Shown: piece by piece, positions 39,070-49,900 of the stretch | How the letters are laid out: each line of letters starts with the position of its first letter | Numbering within the stretch: position 1 is the stretch's first letter | Made by a program: the position numbers and the translations under genes | Notes under the pieces: model-generated | Database searches by the model: none | The model's input: only the letters and a program-made list of their open reading frames with translations | What the model was told of the DNA's origin: nothing | Source of the DNA: Nitrospirales bacterium | Lineage (GTDB): Bacteria; Nitrospirota; Nitrospiria; Nitrospirales; UBA8639 | DNA: 64,000 nt | Assembly: GCA_965203295.1 (NCBI GenBank) | Contig: CBDBCZ010000017.1 | Span: 384,001 to 448,000 of the forward strand | Direction of reading: 5' to 3'

Positions 39070-42000
39070 TTACACCTTCACCCATGTAACAGTAGAGTTT
39101 TGATGCGTACTACCACAGTTACATTGCTTGGATATAAATTGCTTGAACTTAGTAATGTCTACTACATAGATTAGATTGACAACTGGATACAGTGCAAAGA
39201 CTACTAAGCCAAGGTTTACTGGCACCTCAGTTTCCAAACTCTGATATGCTCTTTCACATACTCTTCCACCAGGAGCTTCACATGACAAGTAATTTGTCAG
39301 TTCTCTACCGAATGCCGTGTTCCGAGTAGCTAGTGAAGACAATCCTAGAGTACACCCGAGGCACATTGCATAGTAGATAAACGTGATGAGTATTTTGAGC
39401 TCGGCTGTACTCATCAAAAGAGACGAACGCAGCACTGCTTTAAAACTCTGTAAATGGAAAAATAAAGTAGGTGTAGCAATCATTATTTGTCTGCCTATAA
39501 ATCATGTGTATGTTGCACTCCTGCATGTCTACCTAAATCGATAATTTAAAATGGATGCAATATGCATGAAGAAGTATACATGCTAGAAGATTGTAGAAAA
39601 TATTATAGCCATATGTACATATGTACAACACTGTGCTCAGAACCTATATTCCCTATTCTGAAAGCATTGATACAAGAAGGACATCAATATCACCAGGTGT
39701 GGGCTAACATTTAAAATATTTAACCCTTATGTCTTGAAAAAGTACTTACCTTTCCACCCTGCTCTCGTCTCTTCTTTCGAAAGAGTCGTATTATTACCCA
39801 CAAAATGATGGCTGTGAGGGAGAGACTGATGGCCAGTGTAATACAGGCAGGCCAAATAATGCCATATGTGATAACACTGGGCGCTGGGTAACACAACACG
39901 GGTGGGAACCGCTCAAACCTTCCTCGATCAAAGGCTACAATTATAGCGCTCCATGGCAATATCAGAGCCAACAGCAGCATTGTCAGGTGGACATACTTGT
40001 GGTAACCTTTAAGTTTATAAGATCTTGCGTGAAATGGAAACATCACTGCCCAAAAAACTGACAGAATATGAGAGCAGGTAAACATAGCGAGCAGCAGAAG
40101 GGTGTAGATGAACATAATAGCTGTGAGCAAGAGCAAGATATAATTTGATCAATACAAAATATTAATATTATAGCTTTAATTGCCATGAAAACAGGCTGTA
40201 CAACAAGTATTTTACTATATAACATCGTATGCAGCGTACTGTTAAACGATACTGAGAAACAGATTGGACACACAAGCACATAATAAATTGATGTAACCTT
40301 AATGTAATGGCGAACCTTGAAACTTGCAAAAATTTGTTGGGTTTTCAAAACTCTCAACCAGGTCTCGAAACGGGCAGAAGAGTGCCTTGCGGTCAAAGTA
40401 TCCCACTACCAAAGTTAATTCCAGAAGTCCCAATGTGGCAGTGCCGTACACAATGAAGATTGATGGGAACTTCAATCTGAAAATATAGTTGGAAACATCT
40501 CAGAATCTTGAACACTGTTCCACATATCCGCCTGCTTAGTGTTACATGTAGGCCTAACCCCTTTCAAGAGTATGTTATTTCAAGAGTATAATATGCTATT
40601 TTAGTGTTATTTTCCAGCAAAATTACAATCTGTGGATGCCTAATTAATTATAATTATGCAATTATTACAGCAGCAGAGTTGAATTACTGCATGGCAGAAG
40701 TATACTCACACATTCTTGTAGTGAATGCAGGAGAGAACCAGGAGCACTGCTGCACCGATAAAGAAAACTGTAGCCATTATGATCACCATCGCATCAATGG
40801 GAATGTAAGTGCCATAGGAGAATGCCTCCCATACTCCACACTCGGGCCTGCATATCCCATCCAGATCCCGGTAGAAGCCATCACTGCACAGTATTGGCTC
40901 TGGAAGACCTGCACTAGTTGTGTTCACTGAAATTAAAAGAGAGTATATTATACAATGTGCATGGTTGATACACTTGGTGTACATGCATGTGCTGTGCAAA
41001 CTAATGTGTCGTGGGAAATAACTAGGCATAATATTATTCACTGACAGCTATGAGCACTATTTTTTATGGAAAATCAAGAGTTTTATTTTTACAAGTGGAG
41101 TAAAAGCTTTTTTAAGGGAACAATGTTCTGCTGACTGTTATGCCTTATTGTATGGGTAAAATGAACCACATGCAGTCAGTCTTCACAAGCAATACTCATG
41201 CACGATAACATCCATTCAACTATAGCATTCATGCAAGCTCACACGTACCAACGCACTCTTCGAATTCGTTTAGAGACACATCTGGAAACTCATCACACTG
41301 TGGCAGCTGATTGGAGCCAAAAAGAGCATTAGCAGCAACAAACTCTTCAGCACATATTCCTTCAGTAACCGCCCTACACTGTTGAGATGAGGGCAGGTAG
41401 AGTTCTCTCCTGCGATTATCGCACAAACCAAAAATGGATAAGCACAAGAATGGCGGAGCTATTTCATTGCATTCTGAACTTGGATTTAGAAATGGTAGTG
41501 CATTTATTGCAGTTTGCGCTACCAGCTCTGATTCCTCTTGGTTTTGATTAGCTGGGATAAATACTTCGCTGCCACCATCACCAAAAAGACAATTCTGCAA
41601 TGCTTGCAGAGTAGCTCTACATACATCTCCCGAGTAAACTTCTGGGATGCAGAATGTAGTATTTTCCTCGTCACCTCTGCTTGGAGTATTGGTGGTATTT
41701 GTATTGACAACTTCAATATTTGGATCCTACATAGATTGGAATCAGATCAATTTAGCGAATTCCTTAGCATCTGCATGCATGCTTTTTGCCTAGTCTCGCG
41801 GGCCAGACTTCACTTCACTAGTTCACGAGTTCCTTGGAAGTGAAGTCTGGCCCGTGAGACTAGCTTTTTACCATAGCTAGAGTAGACAGTTTAATATGTA
41901 TGGCTGAAGAGTGGAGCATTGGCATGCAGGCTTAATAGTAGACTAAAATTTATATGCTAAGCTGTACTAAAGGCTTGAATAGCCTGGGCCTGGACTTGGG

Positions 42001-42423
42001 ATACAAGCTGTTACAGACAGTACGTTAGCATGGACATTTGTGTAGGGAATGCAGGCACATGCACACTCGTGAACTAGTGATTAGCTTACAAATGAAGCAC
42101 TGTAGCCAGCTCTCAACGGTTAGCCTCCTAGCCCCTAACCAAACCCTAACCCAACCCCAGCCTTAATCCTAACCCTAACCTAACCCAAACTCTAAATCAG
42201 AGAAGGTATGAACTCGTACCTCGGTTAAATCAACGATTCTGAACACAGCTGGTAGCGACAGTAGTCCCCAGAGAACGACGAGCACTACACACAACACCGC
42301 TATATCAATACGTTTCCTGTAATTGGCTCCGGGTTTTTCCGCCCGTTCTTCGGTAGCTGAAGTGGTCAGAGACACTTTGTAACTTTCTACGTTCGTCAAG
42401 CCGATTTCTACCGAGGTATCCAT
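39070..42423 (-). CDS. Frizzled/Smoothened-like receptor, copy 5 (apparently intact)
   Basis: Exons lie in ORFs 42175..42423, 41229..41600, 40706..41041, 39720..40136 and 39070..39483. Exon 4 (~40316-40476, LKFPSIFIVYGTATLGLLELTLVVGYFDRKALFCPFRDLVESFENPTNFCKFQ) was read by hand. Confidence 0.82.
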
Positions 42424-45400
42424 GTTCCAAGCGTTTTATAGCGCCAGGCACCACGCCCACCAAATTTCGCTCATTGCATTGGGGCACCAGTCCCGTGCCC
42501 AGACGGTCCGGGCACGAGACTATTGGCGCACGAGGGCTTAATAGTTCACTAGACAGTCATTTGACGCATATGACGTAACCATGTTCAGCTGTATGATCAT
42601 GAAATACACAGGAATAAAGTCGCATGCGTGATTGATAGAGTCCCATATTGCCTTCATTTACTTGCTCACTGGAGATTCATGAAGTTTGTACCCCGTGTGC
42701 ACCTTTTAGGATGAATAATATACTTGCGTTAGCAATCCACTAAAATTTAATACCCATGCATCTTGAGATCTGAAATGTTAAAAACAGTAACAGTTGCATG
42801 TAGCTGTGGACATTAAGGATCTTGTTATAGTGCTAATATTTAATAATTGAACACCTCACACGTACAATCATTATGTTTGCATAATATTGTATTTTTTATT
42901 AGCCATGTATGCTATTTAAAATTATTTATTAGTAACTCAGCAGTACACATGCGTATTTCACAATCAGTCATTCGCATGCTGTGATACGTAGGCGGATAGA
43001 CTACCACATAACTAGTGTGCCCAATGCAGTGTGCTGACAACAGATTCCAATTAAAGTCTTAATCACAGTCAAATCAATTAATGGTCATAGCACAATGTGG
43101 CGCTCTTTCGATACCACAGAAAAATAAAGATGATGATTCTAAAAAATTGAATTGCAACCAACATTAAGCAACATCCTCAATAATCCTAACCTGTACAGGA
43201 AAATTTAATAATCAACTGATTCAGAAATGTGTGAAAGACACACAACAAAATTTAATGTTCTAGAAAACTCAGGGCAGGCTGTACAAACTCAACAAAAAAA
43301 CTACAGTAACTAAACTTAATACAGAAATGCAGGGAGGAGCACCAGACAGAATATTATCAATAATACAGTGTGAGGTAAGTAGATAAGCAATACAACATCC
43401 TACCTACTATACGCAATCAGTGACAAAACAGGAAATAACCAAAACACCACAGTGATACATTAACCTAACATGTGCACAAATAGATAAGGAATCTCAATGT
43501 TTTAGGTCACTGAAACTAAAAGCAGTAAGTGTTTCAAAACAGATTTTAGTTAACTAACTTATTTGGGAATAAACTACAACTACTTTTTGCACCAAAACAA
43601 CTCATTCAGTTACGGTTAACGCTAATACTAAAAGTGCTAATTCAGTTAGCCATTTTTTTGGTTTAGTTAGTCAACTTAAACTAAACATAACCTTTTTTTT
43701 AAAAGCTAATAAAAGCCATTCTAAAACAACATATTACACCTTCACCCGTGTTACGGTAGAGTTTTGATGCGTACTACCACAGTTACATTGCTTGGATATA
43801 AATTGCTTGAACTTAGTAATGTCTACTACATAGATTAGATTTACAACTGGATACAGTGCAAAGATTACTAAGCCAAGGTTTACTGGCACCTCAGTTTCCA
43901 AACTCTGATATGCTCTTTCACATACTCTTCCACCAGGAGCTTCGCATGACAAATAATTTGTTAGTTCTCTACCGAATGCCGTGTTCCGAGTAGCTAGAGA
44001 AGACAATCCTAGAGTACACCCGAGGCACATTGCATAGTAGATAAACGTGATGAGTATTTTGAGCTCAGCTGTACTCATCAAAAGAGACGAACGCAGCACT
44101 GCTTTAAAACTCTGTAAATGGAAAAATAAAGTAGGTGTAGCAATCATTATTTGTCTGCCTATGAATCATGTGCATGTTGCACTCCTGTATACCCATGTCT
44201 ACCTAAATCGATAATTAAAAATGGATGCAATATGCATGAAGAAGTATACATGCTAGAAGATTGTAGAAAATATTATAGCCATATGTACATATGTACAACA
44301 CTGTGCTCAGAACCTATATTCCCTATTCTGAAAGCTTTCGTATAAGAAGGAGATTAATATCACCAGGTGTGGGCTAACATTAAATATAAAACACTTATTT
44401 CTTGAAAAAAGTACTTACACTTCCACCCTGCTCTTGTCTCCTCTTTCGAAAGAGTCGTATTATTACCCACAAAATGATGGCAGTGAGGGAGAGACTGATG
44501 GCCAGTGCAATGCAGGCAGGCCAAACAATGCCATATGTGATAACGCTGGGCGCTGGGTAACACAACACGGGTGGGAACCGCTCAAACCTTCCTTGATCAA
44601 AGGCTACAATTATAGCACTCCATGGCAATATCGATCAGAGCCAACAACAGCATTGTCAGGTGGACATACTTGTGGTAACCTTTAAGTTTATAAGATCTTG
44701 CGTGAAATGGAAACATCACTGCCCAAAACACTGACAGAATATGAAAGCAGGTAAACATAGCGAGCAGCAGAAGGGTGTAGACGAACATAATAGCTGTGAG
44801 CAAGAGCAAGATATAATTTTATCACACAAAATATTAATATATAGCTTTAATTGCCATGTAAACAGGCTGTACAACAAGTATTTTACTATATAACATCGTA
44901 TACTGTTAAACGATACTGAGACACACTGTGTCCAATCAAGCACATAATAAATTGATGTAACCTTAATGTAATGGCGAACCTTGAAACTTGCAAAAATTTG
45001 TTGGATTTTGAAAACTCTCAACCAGGTCTCGAAACGGGCATGCAGAAAAACTCCTCGGTCAAAGGCTACAATTATAGCGCTCCAAGGCAATATCAGAGCC
45101 AACAGCAACATTGTCAGGTGGACATACTTGTGGTAGCCTTTAAGTTTATAAGATCTTGCGTGAAATGGAAACAACACTGCCCAAGACACTGACAGAATGT
45201 GAAAGCAGATGAACATAGCGAGCAGCAGAGGGGTGTAGATGAACATAATGGCTGTGAGCAAGAGCAAGATATATAAACTGATCATGCAAGACATACTAAA
45301 CATAAACATAACAGGTATAATGTTGTATGCAGTGTACTGTTAAACGACACAGAGAAACTGATTGCATGGACACACTGTGGCTCATGCACATTATTAAATT

Positions 45401-46970
45401 GATGTAACCTTAATGTAATGGCAAACCTTGAAACTTGCAAAAAGTTGTTGGATTTCGAATACTCTCGCCCAGGTCTCGAAACGGGCAGAAGAGCGCCTTG
45501 CGGTCAAAGTATCCTACTAATACAGTCAATTCCAGAACTCCCAATGTGGCAGTGCCGTACACAATGAAGATTGATGGGAACTTCAATCTGAAAATATAGT
45601 TGGAAACATCTCAGAATCTTGAACACTGTTCCACATATCCGCCTGCTTAGTGTTACATGTAGGCCTAACCCCTTTCAAGAGTATAATATGCTATTTTAGT
45701 GTTATTTTCCAGCAAAATTACAATCTGTGGATGCTAATTACAAAATATTAAATTGTTTCTCATTAAATATCTATTATTACGGCCACAGAGTTGGAACACT
45801 GCAAGGCAGGAGAACACTCACACATTCTTGTAGTAGATGCAGGAGAGAACCAGGAGCACTGCTGCACCGATAAAGAAAACTGTAGCCATTATGATCACCA
45901 TCGCATCAATGGGAATGTAAGTGCCATAGGAGAATGCCTCCCACACTCCACACTCGGGCCTGCATATCCCATCCAGGTCCCGGTAGAAGCCACCACTGCA
46001 CAGTATTGGCTCGGGAAGACCTGCACTAGTTGTGTTCACTGAAATAAAGAGAGTAGCTATATTATACAACGTGCATGGTTGATACACTTGGTGTGCATGC
46101 ATGTGCTGTGCAAACTAATGTGTCGTGGGAAATAAGTAGGCATAATATTATTCACTGACAGCTATGAGCACTATTTTTTTATGGAAAATCAAGAGTTTTA
46201 TTTTTACAAGTGGAGTAAAAGCTTTTTTAAGGGAACAATGTTCTGCTGACTGTTATGCCTTATTGTATGGGTAAAATGAACCACATGCAGTCAGTCTTCA
46301 CAAGCAATACTCATGCACGATAACTTCCATTCAACTAGCATTCATGCAAGCTCACACGTACCAACGCACTCTTCGAATTCGTTTAGAGACACATCTGAAA
46401 ACTCATCACACTGTGGCAGCTGATTGGAGCCAAAAAGAGCATTAGCAGCAACAAACTCTAGTATTTTCCTCGTCACCTCTGCTTGGAGTATTGGTGGTAT
46501 TTGTATTGACAACTTCAATATTTGGATCCTACATAGATTGGAATCAGATCAATTTAGCGAATTCCTTAGCATCTGCATGCATGCTTTTTGCCTAGTCTCA
46601 CGGTGTAGATACGTAGAGCCCTTTCTTCGGTCTGACTTAGTAATATCGCTAGCACTCAGCAGAGAGACTTTCCAAAGATTGATTTTTTCTTTCTCCAAAA
46701 AATACAATGGCCAGTGGCCTATTTATATCCTCAAACACAGTGGTGGCATGATATGCACATGCAATGTGGCATGATATGCACATGGAATAGGATTGTTTGG
46801 TGGAACAATGGTTCAAAAAAGAACAATGAGCTAGCAGAGTCATAAGTCCAGAACATAAGCATGAGGTAATGTTACATCATACGAAGGTAAATGCATAGCT
46901 AATGAACAACTGTAAGTCCAACATACCGCCGGCCAAGACTGGATAGTCTTCAGAAATAAGTAACATGAGG

Positions 46971-49900
46971 TTAGTCCATATCGGAGAGTAGGAGCAATGC
47001 CAACTTGACCACCGGGCGAGTGTAGACTCCAGCGTCCGTCCTGACAGTGGCCACACGAACGAGATTGTCCTTTCCAGGATACACCTTGATGACGCGAGCC
47101 AACGGCCACTTAGTGGAGATTGCAGAATCTTCACGAAGTATCACTAGGTCACCAACACGAATGTTTCGTGAGGGATGGTGCCACTTGGTAAATCGTCCGA
47201 TGTGAGTTATATACTCCGTAGACCATCGTTTCCAAAAGTGACGGGTCAGGGCTTGACAGAGTTGCCAGTGCTTCAGTAGAGAGAGCGAGTCAGGATAGGT
47301 GATTGATGAATCAGGAAGTGCTTTGAGCGGTCGCCCAATGAGGAAGTGTCCTGGGGTCAGAGCTTCGATTCCTTCATCACCGTCAGGTAGTGGTACAAGC
47401 GGTCTGCTGTTAAGGCAGGCTTCTATTTGTGTGAGCACTGTAGAGAACTCTTCAAAAGTGAGTTTCACATCGCCTACCACTCGTCTGAGGTGTGTCTTCA
47501 TAGATTTGACAGCTGCTTCCCAGAGGCCGCCGAAATGAGGAGCATGTTGTGGGATGAACTTCCAGGTTATATTCTGGGCGGAGAGGAAGCTAGCCACGGC
47601 ATCTTGGGTCCTTTGTTCTTGCAGGAAATGGTAGAGTTCCTTAATCTCGCGTGCAGCTCCAACAAAATTGGTCCCCCAGTCGCTCCAAATGAGCGAAGGA
47701 CAGCCACGACGAGCGATGAATCTTCTGAGACAGGCAATGAATGCGTCTGAAGTGAGATCTGAGACTAATTCCAAGTGGACGGCTTTCACAGTGAGGGATA
47801 CGAAAACACTGACATAGGCTTTCACGATAGTTGGCTTCCGTACGTAACCGTACTTGATTAGCACAGGGCCAGCGTAATCAACACCAACCTTGTCAAACAC
47901 AGGACCAGGTGTGACACGTTCGATTGGGAGCTGACCAAACATCTGAGGTTGAGGTTTGGCGGAGTAGCGACGACAGGTGATGCACTTACGCGTGACGGAG
48001 CGAATGACCTTTCGTCCTCCAACAATGTGGTAACGAGTGAGAGAAGCAGCCAGCAGGGTCGGACCTGCATGCAGTAGTCGAGTGTGTTCTGAGCGAATGA
48101 TAAGTCTTGTTAGAGGATGCTTCCCATGAAGGATAACTGGGTGCCGAGATCCATACAAGGACTTGGAGAGCTGTCGTCGACCACCAACGCGAAGTACGTT
48201 TGAGGAGTCGATGAATGGATGTAGAGACAAGAGGGGACTTGATGAGCTCAGGGAACACTTCTTGCTCAGTGCTTGTATCTCGTTCTCAAAGTGTGAATGC
48301 TGGATTATTTGTATCCAGTAACATTCGGCCTTGTGCAATTCTTCAGCTGAGAGGGGAGATGAAAGCCGGTTGCTTCGTTCACGACAGTTCTTCAAGAATC
48401 GAAGTGCCCAGGCTGTAACACGCTTCAGCTGGTTGAAGCTAGAGTAGCGATCAAGAGGTATGATGGGTGATACTGGAGTAGTAGTCACATGGAGCGATAC
48501 CTCTCTCTCCTCTTCAGATGATTCATTCGGTGGGAGAGTTGGCTGCTTCGGCCAATCTGCCGGTTGTAGCTTGAGCCAGGTTGGACCGTTCCACCAAAGT
48601 AGGTGTTGTAGGAGCTCAGAAGGATTGAGACCTCTCGAGGCACAATCGGCGGGGTTGTCCAGGCCACTCACATGATTCCATTTAGTAGGGGGAATGAGGT
48701 CCACAATGGCCGAGATTCGGTTGCCCACGTATGTCTTGAAACGTTTTGGACTTCCATCCAGCCAATTGAGGACAATGGTGCTGTCGGTCCAAGCACAAAC
48801 GTGAGAGAGAGGAACTTTGAACACTTGTCTGACATGGTGGAGGAGTTGTGCCAAAAGGTGTGCTCCACATAGCTCAAGACGAGGGATGGTCAATCGCTTG
48901 ATAGGTGCTACCTTGGTTTTTGATGTCACCAAGGAGATCTGAGCATCATTGGCAGTGTCAGTGAGGCGGAGGTAAATCACGGCGGCATAAGCGAGCTCTG
49001 AAGCATCACAGAATCCATGCAATTCGACTGAGGAGACACGAGTTGCCTTGTCGAAATGGCATCGAGGGATGTGTTTTTCGGAGAGAAGGTGGAGCTCTGA
49101 GCGCCACTGGAACCAGGTGTCCTTGATATGCGATGGTACAGGATCATCCCAACTGACTTTCTGCTCCCAAAGGTGCTGCAGTAGAATCTTCACCTTGATG
49201 GTGGAAGGGGAAAACCATCCAAAGATGTCAAACGTCTTGGCGATGTCGGACACCAGAGCACGCTTGGTGATGGTGTCGAGTGGTGGTGGGTCGGAGATGG
49301 TCAATCGGAAGTGATCCTTAGTAGCATTCCACTCGATACCCAGTGTCTTGGTGTACTCACCAGAGGTAGGCATCATGTGCATGGATTGACATTCCTTCAG
49401 GTCAGTAGGGAGGTGTTGCAAAACACTTGGATTGCTTGAATTCCACTTGCGCAGAAGAAAGTCTCCCTTGGAGAAGAGGTCTTGTAGCTGCCCTTGCAGC
49501 TCGATGGCTTCTTGAACAGAGTCGGCTCCAGTGAGGCCGTCGTCGACGTAAAAGGACTTCTTCACTACCTCAGCAGCTAGTGGATATTCCATAGCGAAGT
49601 CGAGAGCATTCTGTTTCACGGCCATGTTGGCGGCGAATGACGAGGCTGAGACTCCAAATGTCACTCTAGTCATTCGGTAATCCAGGAGGGGCTCATCAGG
49701 GCTTCTTCTCCACACAAATCTATGAAGATCGCGATCAGGTGGAACGAGCTCAACAGCTCGATACATCTTGCTGACGTCTGTGGTCAGGGCAACACGATGG
49801 AGTCGGAACCTCAGTAGGACATCTATCAGTGATGGGTGGACAGTCGGCCCCACGAGGAGCGTATCATTCAGAGAAACACCGGTGCTCGATTTGGCAGGAG

